64,000 nucleotides of DNA from a virus. How positions within the stretch are numbered: the first letter of the stretch is position 1; each line of letters begins with the position of its first letter. The DNA is taken from IMG/VR virus record IMGVR_UViG_3300022903_000002, positions 1 through 64,000 of that record, one strand, 5' to 3'. A program made the translations under genes and the position numbers. Shown piece after piece: positions 19,234-27,430 of the stretch. The notes beneath the pieces were generated by a model, which searched no databases, was not told where the DNA came from, and saw only the letters and a program-made list of their open reading frames with translations.

Positions 19234-19615
19234 CGGAGGCCAGCAACCGAGTTGGCGCGAACGAGCACGAGCCAAATACGGGGCCGAAGCCCGTGCGTAT
19301 CTGGAGTCGCTCGGACCGGACGATCCAGACATGCCCGCGCCGGACACCTATGAGGGGCCAGTCCCGGAATGGCGTGCAGGCAGGAGTGTAGGACGCACCA
19401 TCTACCGCATGGTTGGCGAGGAGGCGTCCAAGGCGGACGTACTGATCGGGATGATGGATACACCCGAGCTCGCCGCCCAGGTGGCCTCCGCGGTGAACGA
19501 GAAGCGGTCCCGGCTGAAGCATCGTGGCGGCAACGCCGAGGACTGTCCGATCTGCTGCTGGCGTAAAGGCTTCTGGCCGTTCATCTGCACTAGCGGGGAG
19601 GGCGACGGTGACTGA
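19226..19615 (+). CDS. Hypothetical protein
   Basis: RBS; 'WRAGRSVGRTIY...LIGMMDTPELA'. Confidence 0.7.
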   Translation: MTDGGQQPSWRERARAKYGAEARAYLESLGPDDPDMPAPDTYEGPVPEWRAGRSVGRTIYRMVGEEASKADVLIGMMDTPELAAQVASAVNEKRSRLKHRGGNAEDCPICCWRKGFWPFICTSGEGDGD

Positions 19616-20408
19616 CCGCACATCGCTCGGCGACAGGATGAAGACCTATGAGGCGGTCACCAGGGCCGTCCTTCCTCGTAGGACATTCACCGTTTGCCGG
19701 GTTGACGGCCGCGCCTTTCATGGCCTCCTCCGTCACGCCGAGAAGCCCTTCGACCGCGACGTCATCGCTGCCATGGACTACACCGCTGAAGCGCTCTGCA
19801 AGGAGATGTCCGGTGTGGTGTTCGCGTACACCCAATCCGATGAGATCTCCGTCCTGCTGACTGACTTTGAGTCGCCCGGCACGGAACCGTGGTTCGGTGG
19901 GGTGATCCAAAAGATCGTGTCGATCGCCGCATCGACTGCGAGTGTCGCGTTCAACAACGTGTACCCCCGCCATGACCAAGACGCGACCGCGACGTTCGAC
20001 GCCCGCGTCTTCACCATCCCCGACTCGGTCGAGGTCGCAAATTATTTCCTGTGGCGGCAGCGTGATTGCGTCCGCAACTCGATCTCCATGGCCGCCCAAG
20101 CCCACTTCTCCCACAAGCGCCTCCACCGGGTGAACACCGACCAGATGCAGGAACTGCTGTGGCAGGAGAAGGGCGTCAACTGGAACGACTACCCGGACGG
20201 ATGCAAGCGGGGCCGCGTCACGGTCCGGAAGTCGGGGGAGCGGTCCGTCACCTATATGGATCACCGCAGCCAGCAGGAAGTGAGCACGGTCGCCTTGCGG
20301 TCGTGGTGGGAGACCGAAGCTGCACCGCACTTCAATGCGAACCCGGGCGGCTGGCTTGCCGACATGATCCCGGCGATTCCCGCTCTCGACGCCAGGAGGT
20401 CAGCGTGA
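19608..20408 (+). CDS. tRNA(His) guanylyltransferase Thg1-like protein (3'-5' polymerase)
   Basis: 'LGDRMK.YE', 'RVDGRAFH', 'YTQSDEIS', 'FDARVF', 'YFLWRQ.D..RNS'. Confidence 0.95.
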   Translation: MTDRTSLGDRMKTYEAVTRAVLPRRTFTVCRVDGRAFHGLLRHAEKPFDRDVIAAMDYTAEALCKEMSGVVFAYTQSDEISVLLTDFESPGTEPWFGGVIQKIVSIAASTASVAFNNVYPRHDQDATATFDARVFTIPDSVEVANYFLWRQRDCVRNSISMAAQAHFSHKRLHRVNTDQMQELLWQEKGVNWNDYPDGCKRGRVTVRKSGERSVTYMDHRSQQEVSTVALRSWWETEAAPHFNANPGGWLADMIPAIPALDARRSA

Positions 20409-20662
20409 CTGACGGCATCCCGGCCTGCGGCACAGACCGCGCCTACCGTCGTCACCTCGCAAACGGGGAGGACTGCCCGACCTGCCGCACTGCGCACAAC
20501 GAGCGGGCACGCCGGGACAACAAGAAACGTGCCCGTGCCCGCGCTCAAAGCCGGGCACTTAAAGCCCTGGCGCGGTGTTTCCCGATCGAATACAACGCGC
20601 TGTACCTCCAGGAGCTCACCGAGGAATCCCGCGCCCCCAACGCCAACAGGGAGGTCGCGTGA
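20405..20662 (+). CDS. Small Zn-finger protein
   Basis: 'CGT..AY.RH...GE.C..CR.A'. Confidence 0.7.
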   Translation: MTDGIPACGTDRAYRRHLANGEDCPTCRTAHNERARRDNKKRARARAQSRALKALARCFPIEYNALYLQELTEESRAPNANREVA

Positions 20663-20838
20663 GCGCAGAGCAGCGCTACACCCTCGCCGAGGCGCAACAG
20701 GAACTGAACCGCCGCCACTGCGCCACGCACGGCCACGACATCGCCGTCATCTGCGCTGGCCTCAGCGGTAATCCGGTGCGGGTTGTGTGCGGCTGCTGCG
20801 GTGATTCGTGGGCCGTCCAATCGAAGGAGACTGCGTGA
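20659..20838 (+). CDS. Small Cys/His protein
   Basis: GGAGG RBS; C..HGH...C..CG. Confidence 0.6.
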   Translation: MSAEQRYTLAEAQQELNRRHCATHGHDIAVICAGLSGNPVRVVCGCCGDSWAVQSKETA

Positions 20839-21016
20839 CTGTCGAAAAGGGCGCCAGGGTCTGGGCCAAGTCGAAGGACTCGAAACGAGGCATGACCCTC
20901 GACGAATTGGCTGCGTTCGTTCAGGAAGCGATGGGTGAGGAAATCCCCAGCACCACGGTCGTGAAGATGATGCCACATGGCGTAGCAGCATCAGGAAGAT
21001 CGAAGTGAAGAAGTGA
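20835..21016 (+). CDS. Small hypothetical protein, probable 1-nt frameshift near 20969
   Basis: AAGGAG RBS; shifted frame ends with GTGA overlap on next gene. Confidence 0.5.
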
Positions 21017-21324
21017 GAGTCGGCCAGTTTCCTACCGGTGACGCGGAGATGGCGTTTTCGATCGTGACGCTCCCGACCCGCCGCAAGGCCGCCCGGCGGC
21101 TCGTACTAGAAGCGAAGCGGCGTCACCTCAAGGTCATCCACTCACACGATCGCGGTTGGCTGAGCCGATACCACCTCATCGAGGTCCACGGCGATGGCCG
21201 GGCCGTGGCCAGCTACAGCCGAGCGGTGAGTCGATGGGCGTACATGGCCCGGAACGGGGAGGCGCCGCCGGATCGTGCGGAGCTGGTGAAGCGGCTGCTG
21301 GGCTCGCAGTCGTCGTCTGATTGA
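21013..21324 (+). CDS. Hypothetical protein
   Basis: ORF fills gap. Confidence 0.55.
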   Translation: MRVGQFPTGDAEMAFSIVTLPTRRKAARRLVLEAKRRHLKVIHSHDRGWLSRYHLIEVHGDGRAVASYSRAVSRWAYMARNGEAPPDRAELVKRLLGSQSSSD

Positions 21325-21347
21325 TCACGAACAGGGGGAGCGGGGCT

Positions 21348-22196
21348 ATGGGGAAGTACAGGATCCACTCGACGGATGAGTACTACAGCGACGACGCTCA
21401 GCGGCCGTGCGCACGGGGGAGGCACTGCGCGAGCCGCAACGCGAACGGTGAGCCAGCGGAGGGGCCACGGGCTCTCTGCTCCGCCGACCGGGACTTCCTG
21501 GTCACGGCGATCGAGCGCCTCCCGGAGATGTACACGGAGTTGTACCTGCGTCTCGGCGAGAAAGGGGCCGGTGACGACAGCCTGCGCGTATCCGGAGGCG
21601 GACGAACCCCGCCCGTACCGATCAACCTCGGCACGGACGCGCTGATGCGCCGGATCGTCGATGTGTTGTCGTCGTGGGATGAGCGGGTCCGGTATGTCGC
21701 CCGCCTGTCCGGACCGGACACCGATGAGGCGCGGCGCCGGCGGGCTGGTGTGGCGATGACGACGATGTGCCGGACGTTGGCCGCACACGTCGATGCGCTG
21801 CTCGCGTTGGAGGCAGAGCCGATGATGCGGGCCATGGACATCTCCGGGCACCCGAAGCTCCCGGAGGATGCGGTGGGGGTGGTGCACACATCGGCGGGGT
21901 GGATCAGCTACCAGACGGAGTTGGATGGCGGGGACGCGGCAGAAGAGATCTTCGGCTTGCATGCGTTGTGCCGGTCCCGGCTCGGCCTCACCCGTAAGTC
22001 GGTGTTGCTGCGGTCCCGCTGCTGGGACTGTGACGCGTCGGGGAAGCTGGTGCGGGAGGACGGTGCCGCTGGCCTTGATGACCACATCACGTGTCGCGCT
22101 TGTGGGACCGAGTACATAGGGCTGCGCCTCAACGAGTTGATGGTGGACGAGCAGCGGATCATGCGAGAGATCGCCCAAGGGAAGAAGGCGTCGTGA
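21348..22196 (+). CDS. Hypothetical protein with C-terminal Zn ribbon (possible late-gene regulator)
   Basis: N-terminal Cys cluster, 'PPVPINL', C-terminal CWDC...CRACG; position near end of early operon. Confidence 0.7.
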   Translation: MGKYRIHSTDEYYSDDAQRPCARGRHCASRNANGEPAEGPRALCSADRDFLVTAIERLPEMYTELYLRLGEKGAGDDSLRVSGGGRTPPVPINLGTDALMRRIVDVLSSWDERVRYVARLSGPDTDEARRRRAGVAMTTMCRTLAAHVDALLALEAEPMMRAMDISGHPKLPEDAVGVVHTSAGWISYQTELDGGDAAEEIFGLHALCRSRLGLTRKSVLLRSRCWDCDASGKLVREDGAAGLDDHITCRACGTEYIGLRLNELMVDEQRIMREIAQGKKAS

Positions 22197-22417
22197 CCAA
22201 CAGAACCGAACAGGGAAACACCGCAGCTGGGCCTACGAAGACCGTCGCAGTGGCCGATGTCCGGCACACGACACCGAGCCCGTTCGCGGGCATCGCCTGC
22301 ATGCTGGGGCACACCTATCGGGTTGTGCTGGAGAAGAACCAGCCGATCGCGCTGGAATGCGCCCATTGCGCCGCAACATGGAAGACCGAGCGAGTCAAGG
22401 CGGATCCCGCAAGCTGA
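22193..22417 (+). CDS. Small Cys/His protein
   Basis: 'C..GH.Y....C.HC'; GTGA coupling. Confidence 0.6.
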   Translation: MTNRTEQGNTAAGPTKTVAVADVRHTTPSPFAGIACMLGHTYRVVLEKNQPIALECAHCAATWKTERVKADPAS

Positions 22418-22484
22418 AGCCATCCGTCGTGAATGGCGCGGAATACCGGCGTAGGACACGGGCCAGAAGGCGCAGAAACCGGCG

Positions 22485-22670
22485 GTGACGTGGGACAATG
22501 GGATATCTCTTCCCGCTCTCAACCTCCCACGGATACCCATGTCTCGTCTTCGCCGCGTCCTTCCCCTCCTCCGCCGTCGTACCGTTCCGCAGCCGTGGGT
22601 GTGGGAGCGGCTCGCTACCCCTGAAGAGATCACCCAGCTACGAAAGACTGACCTGAAGAGAGCGGCATGA
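22485..22670 (+). CDS. Small hypothetical protein
   Basis: Ends with GCATGA coupling. Confidence 0.45.
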   Translation: MTWDNGISLPALNLPRIPMSRLRRVLPLLRRRTVPQPWVWERLATPEEITQLRKTDLKRAA

Positions 22671-22849
22671 GCTCTGTCTTGCGCGTCTGGAATGGCATGA
22701 AGTCGATCCCCGGCTACGGAGTGACGTACCGGTGGACGAGCCGAATGGACGACAAACACCCCACGGCGGTAGGCGTCGCCCTCATCTGTTGTGCGGTGCT
22801 CGTTTCTGAGCTGGCACTGTTCGTTCGGTTCGCCATGCCGATTTCATGA
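22667..22849 (+). CDS. Small membrane protein
   Basis: C-terminal hydrophobic helix; coupled. Confidence 0.5.
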   Translation: MSSVLRVWNGMKSIPGYGVTYRWTSRMDDKHPTAVGVALICCAVLVSELALFVRFAMPIS

Positions 22850-22930
22850 GCGGCTCGGAGGCTGAGCCCGTGACCGATTTGGTGGAGTTCCTGCGGGCCC
22901 GGCTACAAGGCTGAGGAGTGGGCGGTATGA
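22846..22930 (+). pseudogene. Internally deleted remnant of a DUF6221-like gene
   Basis: N-terminal 'DLVEFLRARL' joined out of frame to C-terminal 'PGYKAEEWAV*'. Confidence 0.5.
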
Positions 22931-23145
22931 CACCTGAGGAGATCCGGGAAATCGTGGGGCTCCTATGGGCCCGGCTCGGTCGCAGGGCTAGTGGAGGTCA
23001 TCTATCAGGTACGCAGCGGGGTCGCGCTCAAGCTGATCTGGTGCCTGCACTGCTGTCGCCCGGTCGGCATACGACTAGACGCCCAGGCGAGACGTGGACG
23101 GAAGCGACGAATCGGCTCACGGAAGCCGAGGGGCACCAGTCATGA
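22927..23145 (+). CDS. Small hypothetical protein
   Basis: GAGGAG RBS; ATGA coupling at both ends. Confidence 0.55.
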   Translation: MTPEEIREIVGLLWARLGRRASGGHLSGTQRGRAQADLVPALLSPGRHTTRRPGETWTEATNRLTEAEGHQS

Positions 23146-23387
23146 GCGACCCACTGACCGAGGTCCGCTTCTGGATGCAGGTGATAGCCGACTCTGAGCG
23201 GACGATCGTCTGCTCACCGGAGAACGAGTCGCGGATCAAGTCCTGGATCGACGCCCGCAACTGCGGTGGCATCCTCAAGGTCCAGGTCGAGAGGTACGTG
23301 CCCGACAACCAGATCTTCGTCTTCGACCACAACGCGATCTCGGCGTCCACGGAGCAGATGTTCATGCGTCCACGGAAGCCCTTCTAG
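23142..23387 (+). CDS. Hypothetical protein
   Basis: Coupled ORF. Confidence 0.65.
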   Translation: MSDPLTEVRFWMQVIADSERTIVCSPENESRIKSWIDARNCGGILKVQVERYVPDNQIFVFDHNAISASTEQMFMRPRKPF

Positions 23388-23411
23388 TAACTGTCACTGC
23401 TGGGGAGGAGA

Positions 23412-23570
23412 ATGATCCCCGTGACTTCCTCCCAGACCGTGGTGATCGAGGACGGGCATGTCCGCCCGCCCCGCCGGGATGAGCACCTCGTGCGCCGTGA
23501 AGACGGCCGGTGGGTGTGCGTCTTGGTCGAGCACGCAGGCCGGGCGTGCCAGGTGGAGTTGGCCGCCTGA
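23412..23570 (+). CDS. Small hypothetical protein (52 aa, not in ORF track)
   Basis: GGAGGAG upstream; MIPVTSSQTVVIEDG... Confidence 0.45.
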   Translation: MIPVTSSQTVVIEDGHVRPPRRDEHLVRREDGRWVCVLVEHAGRACQVELAA

Positions 23571-23617
23571 GCCAGCCGAAGTCACTCTCTTACGAAACGC
23601 ATGTCGATACCCTGAAA

Positions 23618-23715
23618 TGTCGGCTTGACGTGGGAAAATGAACTCACGTTCGAACGCAAAGACCCCCGCGATGCGGTGAGGCATCCGGGGGCGTGGCCGA
23701 CTACCAGGAGTCGAC
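23618..23715 (+). promoter_or_regulatory. DNA-damage-type promoter cassette A: TGTCGG-N10-GAAAAT, LexA-like box, two-hairpin leader
   Basis: TGTCGG 23618-23623; -10 23634-23639; ATGAAC-TCAC-GTTCGA 23638-23653; hairpins 23663-23691 and 23696-23715. Confidence 0.65.
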
Positions 23716-24543
23716 ATGGTCAAGGATAGATGGCAGGCGAACCGGAATCCGTTCACCCCCAAGGAGGTTAAGGGGAAAGGTTCTGGGCTCCGTCCCAGCG
23801 TGGCTCGTTTGGTCGAGAAGCTGGACCCGGAGAGTGAGTCCTTCGCGCGGAGCACGGCGATCCTCGCAGATATGGCCGCAGCCGGAGTTGAGATCAACGA
23901 GGCCGCCGTAGACATCGCCATCAAGCTCGCGGTCCAGAACCGGGCTCGCGACTCCGGAGTCATAGCGGCGAGTCGCGAACTGGAGTCACGCCCACTTCGC
24001 CTCTGGGGAGAGCAGGACGATCGAGAGTCGATCGTCTACTACATCCGGCGCGGCGACCTCATCAAGATCGGAACGACCACGAACCCCAAGCGGAGATTCG
24101 AGGCTCTGGTTCCCGATGAGATTCTGGCTTGGGAGCCGGGAGGGACAACCGAAGAGGCTTTGCGTCACCGCCAGTTCCGTAGGCTCAAGCAGGGCATAGG
24201 CGAGTACTTCCGAGGAGAACCAGATCTGCTCCGGCACTGCCGGAAGCTCCGAGCGCTTCATGGTGACCCGGATCCGCAGTGGGCCACGACGGCGACCGTA
24301 GGGCTGGGGACCCCTGGCCGAGCACCGCTTCCAAGCGAACTGCCCCTGCCGGAATCAACGATCCTTGTCACTGCTGCCGAAGCGGCGGACCGCCTCAACA
24401 TCAAGCCAGCGACCGTCCGGGGCTGGATAGCCCGAAAGAGACTGCTCCCTGTAGCAAGAGATGAGGAGAGGCGAATGCTCTTCTACCTCGACCATGTTCG
24501 TTTCCTGAAGGGTCATAGCAGGGCGTACCGCGACGTTGCGTGA
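23716..24543 (+). CDS. GIY-YIG (T5orf172/MUG113-like) domain protein with C-terminal HTH
   Basis: 'VYYIRRGDLIKIGTT.N...R', 'EPGG...E..RHRQF', 'EAA.RL.IKPATVRGW'. Confidence 0.8.
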   Translation: MVKDRWQANRNPFTPKEVKGKGSGLRPSVARLVEKLDPESESFARSTAILADMAAAGVEINEAAVDIAIKLAVQNRARDSGVIAASRELESRPLRLWGEQDDRESIVYYIRRGDLIKIGTTTNPKRRFEALVPDEILAWEPGGTTEEALRHRQFRRLKQGIGEYFRGEPDLLRHCRKLRALHGDPDPQWATTATVGLGTPGRAPLPSELPLPESTILVTAAEAADRLNIKPATVRGWIARKRLLPVARDEERRMLFYLDHVRFLKGHSRAYRDVA

Positions 24544-24615
24544 TAACGGGCGTGTCCGAGTTGCGGAATGTGCCCTTGACCTGCTCCAATAGCAGAAGTC
24601 CACGGACACAGGTAT

Positions 24616-24647
24616 GCCCCGACGAGGTCACCTCGTTCGGGGCTTTT
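24616..24647 (+). terminator. Intrinsic terminator-like hairpin
   Basis: GCCCCGACGAGG-TCA-CCTCGTTCGGGGC followed by TTTT. Confidence 0.55.
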
Positions 24648-24669
24648 CGCACGTCAGGGGGCCTTTTAG

Positions 24670-24948
24670 GTGTCACCCGAAGACCCTCCAGTCGAGCCCG
24701 TCACCGTCTACGCGGCAGCCGAACGGCTCGGCAAGGCACCCTCCACGATTCACTGGTGGGCTATCCACTACGGCGCCCGGAAGCTCGGCAAGGTCGACCG
24801 GAAGACGTACTTCGACTACCTCGACCTCATGGTGATCGAGCGGGAGCTGTTCCATGAGCACCCGATCCCGGCGACGTGGCAGGAGCGTGCGGAGATCCGC
24901 GAACGCTGCCCCCTGAAGACCACCCAGCCTTTTCCCGCCGCTGCCTGA
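24670..24948 (+). CDS. Small HTH DNA-binding protein
   Basis: 'TVYAAAERLGKAPSTIHWWA'. Confidence 0.7.
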   Translation: MSPEDPPVEPVTVYAAAERLGKAPSTIHWWAIHYGARKLGKVDRKTYFDYLDLMVIERELFHEHPIPATWQERAEIRERCPLKTTQPFPAAA

Positions 24949-25094
24949 CCCCTGATCGCGCGCCCGTCCCACCTCGCGGAGGACGTGAGGCGCGCCCGCC
25001 GGCGACGTGCCCCCCAGAGTCCCGTCGCCTGGCGCCCCCTGTGGTTGACGGCCCGAGCCCACGTGAAGGGGAAGTCACGTCGTCGCTCGGGCCG

Positions 25095-25490
25095 TCAGCC
25101 CAGCAGGAGAACATCCGTCTTCCCGCCGCTCTTCTGTAGGGCGGCTGCGTAGCCGAGGTCCCGTAGCCGGGTTTGGATGACCCGCTCCGGCCCCCACCGT
25201 GCAGGCACCTCGACAGCCGCGGACGCCGCAGGATGGTGGCGTCTCCGGATACTCACCCCGTCGTAGACGTACAGCCCCCAGAGGGCTTGTGACGCGTCGG
25301 GGTCACGCGGCTGGTGCTGCATCCACGCCATCCAGACCTCGCCGTGGACGAACCAGCAGTGGATCGACCCAGTCCGCCACGCACCCTCATACCGGATCCA
25401 GACGAGTACGTGGCGTGCTTCGACGCGCCGCATCCCTGGTGGGCGCGGGTCCACGAGCCGGGCATCATCCACCGGCCCATCATCGAACAT
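25095..25490 (-). CDS. Hypothetical protein, likely SOS-regulated
   Basis: MFDDGPV... start lies within a LexA-type box; TACCAT -10 just upstream. Confidence 0.6.
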   Translation of the reverse strand: MFDDGPVDDARLVDPRPPGMRRVEARHVLVWIRYEGAWRTGSIHCWFVHGEVWMAWMQHQPRDPDASQALWGLYVYDGVSIRRRHHPAASAAVEVPARWGPERVIQTRLRDLGYAAALQKSGGKTDVLLLG

Positions 25491-25498
25491 GCTTTCGA
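25483..25498. promoter_or_regulatory. Actinobacterial LexA (SOS) box
   Basis: TCGAAC-ATGC-TTTCGA, one mismatch to TCGAAC-N4-GTTCGA. Confidence 0.7.
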
Positions 25499-25522
25499 CT
25501 GATGGTAGGGCGGGGGTGTCGG

Positions 25523-25732
25523 ATGGCACGTGAGACCACGTACTACTGCGAAGCCCCGGACTGCAGCATCCACGTCCGCTCCACCGCACCTGCACCCGTC
25601 TGCGGCTGGCTCCTCGTCCAGGAACCCCAGGACGACGGCACGGTCCGCGACATCGACGTTTGCGGTTGGACCTGCCTCCTGCGTCTCGCGGCCGGCATCG
25701 ACCCGGAAGAGGTCATCGAAGCCGCCCTCTGA
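25523..25732 (+). CDS. Small Cys-containing protein
   Basis: 'YYCEAPDC...CGWTCL'. Confidence 0.65.
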   Translation: MARETTYYCEAPDCSIHVRSTAPAPVCGWLLVQEPQDDGTVRDIDVCGWTCLLRLAAGIDPEEVIEAAL

Positions 25733-25735
25733 TCG

Positions 25736-25785
25736 CCCGGCCTGTCCCCTGAGAGTGGGCGGCAGGCCGGGTCAGCCCACTCTCA
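25736..25785 (+). ncRNA. Intergenic hairpin with loop-downstream pairing (pseudoknot/switch), copy 1
   Basis: Stem 25736-25746/25761-25771; loop TGAGAGTGGGC 25750-25760 complementary to GCCCACTCTCA 25775-25785. Confidence 0.6.
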
Positions 25786-25802
25786 ACCCGAAAGGCTCAG
25801 CG

Positions 25803-26150
25803 ATGAGCGAGTCACACGACGGCGCGGCGTTCACTCCTACCGATGCACTCGAGAAGCTTCACTACGTTGACGATGTCCGCACCACAGCGAAGCGCCTTGC
25901 CGCCTACCGGGACGAGTTGGTCGCTGCTGGATTCACCTCTGATCAGGCCAACGAGTTCGTCGCCACTGCCGCACCGGGGCTGATCGAGGATCTCGTTGTC
26001 GCTGCCGATGTAGAGGACGAGAACCCGCCGATCGGTGAGGTTCGCATCCACCTGCGACCCCAGATCAATGACGAGGACATCGCTCGCGTAGCGCAGGAGA
26101 TCCAGCGGCGCGCGGAGATCGGCCAGCGATTTCTCGGACGGTCACTCTGA
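25803..26150 (+). CDS. Hypothetical protein
   Basis: GAAAGG RBS. Confidence 0.65.
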   Translation: MSESHDGAAFTPTDALEKLHYVDDVRTTAKRLAAYRDELVAAGFTSDQANEFVATAAPGLIEDLVVAADVEDENPPIGEVRIHLRPQINDEDIARVAQEIQRRAEIGQRFLGRSL

Positions 26151-26518
26151 TGGCGCCCGCAGGCAACGCCGAGGTCGACTTCAAGATTGTCGTCGGCGGC
26201 GTGGACTTCGCAGGCGGACTAATCGACCTGCCGGTCACGGTCACCCAGCAGGAGAACACCGATGACGGCATGCGCCTGTCGGTTATCCCGGACTGGACAG
26301 CGTTCCGGGCGAATCTGGGTAACCAGCTTCGCCGTATTGCGTCGGAGTTGCCGTACTTCCCGGACCCGGAAGCGAAGTGTTCTGCGCACGGTGACCGGAT
26401 GTGCGGGCAGTGCGCCCAGAACCCATCAACCTGCGGAGAGCCCTACGGCCAGTGCGGGACGTGGATGTCGATCGGGATGCACTGGGACACCTGCCCGAAC
26501 CGCGTGAGGGGCTTCTGA
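26150..26518 (+). CDS. Hypothetical protein with Cys-rich C-terminus
   Basis: TGATG coupling. Confidence 0.65.
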   Translation: MAPAGNAEVDFKIVVGGVDFAGGLIDLPVTVTQQENTDDGMRLSVIPDWTAFRANLGNQLRRIASELPYFPDPEAKCSAHGDRMCGQCAQNPSTCGEPYGQCGTWMSIGMHWDTCPNRVRGF

Positions 26519-26754
26519 TGGCTGACGGCACCCCCATTGATCTGGACAAGCTCCGCAGCATTGGCGTGATCTCCCGCCGCACCCGTAACCAGGTTCGTGA
26601 AGGCCGCGACGCCAGCTCAGGCGAGCGTTTCAAGGCGGTCACGGACGAGCTCGGGAACACCGTCACCCAGCGCGGCAACGACCGGCAGGACGTCACGATC
26701 CGCGCCCCACGCGTAGCACTGAAGACAACGTCCGCTGAGGAGCCACACCAATGA
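26518..26754 (+). CDS. Hypothetical protein
   Basis: TGATG coupling; 'IDLDKLRSIGVI'. Confidence 0.65.
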   Translation: MADGTPIDLDKLRSIGVISRRTRNQVREGRDASSGERFKAVTDELGNTVTQRGNDRQDVTIRAPRVALKTTSAEEPHQ

Positions 26755-26972
26755 ACGCTGCCGAACAGGCCGCGAACCTCCGCGCCCAGGCGGACAGTCT
26801 CGAAGCTCTCGCTGATCTCGAGCAGAAGGCCGACGCTGCGACGAAGGCCTATCGCAAGACCCGGTCGGAGAAAAACAAGGTCGCGTACCGCTCGGCGGCA
26901 GAAGCGCTGCGTGCTGCCCGTGCTGATGCTCGGCCCGCCGAGACGACTGTTACGACCGGCGAGGGGGCGTAA
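26751..26972 (+). CDS. Small helical protein
   Basis: GAGGAG RBS. Confidence 0.65.
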   Translation: MNAAEQAANLRAQADSLEALADLEQKADAATKAYRKTRSEKNKVAYRSAAEALRAARADARPAETTVTTGEGA

Positions 26973-26974
26973 CC

Positions 26975-27421
26975 GTGGCCGTATCTGCGAGCGGCATGTT
27001 CGTCGCCAACCTAGTCGACATCCTCGACGCCACCCAGCTGGCCGTCGACCTGTCGCTGACTACCAACAAAGTCGCCCTGTTCACGAACTCGATTACGCCC
27101 AACTTCGACAGCGACGTGGGCTACGGCGCCGCGCCTTACAACGCCAACGAAGTGAGCGGAACCGGGTACACGGCCGGTGGTGTAGCGGTCGCTTCGCCGA
27201 CCGTCACAGGTGCGAGCGGGAACGTCACCTACGACATTGCCGACACCTCATGGTCGAGCTCCACCATCACGAACGCCCGTGCTGCGCTGATCTACGCGAA
27301 CGCGCTGACGAACAAGAACGGCATCGTGCTCGTGAACCTAGGAGCCGACTACTCAACTGTGAACGGGACGTTCAGCATCGTCTGGTCGGCGAGTGGGGTC
27401 CTGGTCCTCGACGTCGCATAA
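26975..27421 (+). CDS. Putative virion structural protein
   Basis: 'KVALFT...NEVSGTGYTAGG...D.SW.S.TIT.AR.ALIY...GTF.I.W' pattern typical of phage proteins that precede fibre genes. Confidence 0.7.
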   Translation: MAVSASGMFVANLVDILDATQLAVDLSLTTNKVALFTNSITPNFDSDVGYGAAPYNANEVSGTGYTAGGVAVASPTVTGASGNVTYDIADTSWSSSTITNARAALIYANALTNKNGIVLVNLGADYSTVNGTFSIVWSASGVLVLDVA

Positions 27422-27430
27422 GGGGTCGTC

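Noticed and set aside
700-23000. Recurrent GGAGG...GC(G/C)GCATGA gene ends
   Set aside because: Ordinary translational coupling (SD inside the upstream gene plus ATGA overlap)
25736-25785. Pseudoknot elements as HDV-like or other known ribozymes
   Set aside because: Only two helices are visible; no nested P3/P1.1 or recognisable catalytic core. Self-cleavage is left as a test, not a claim
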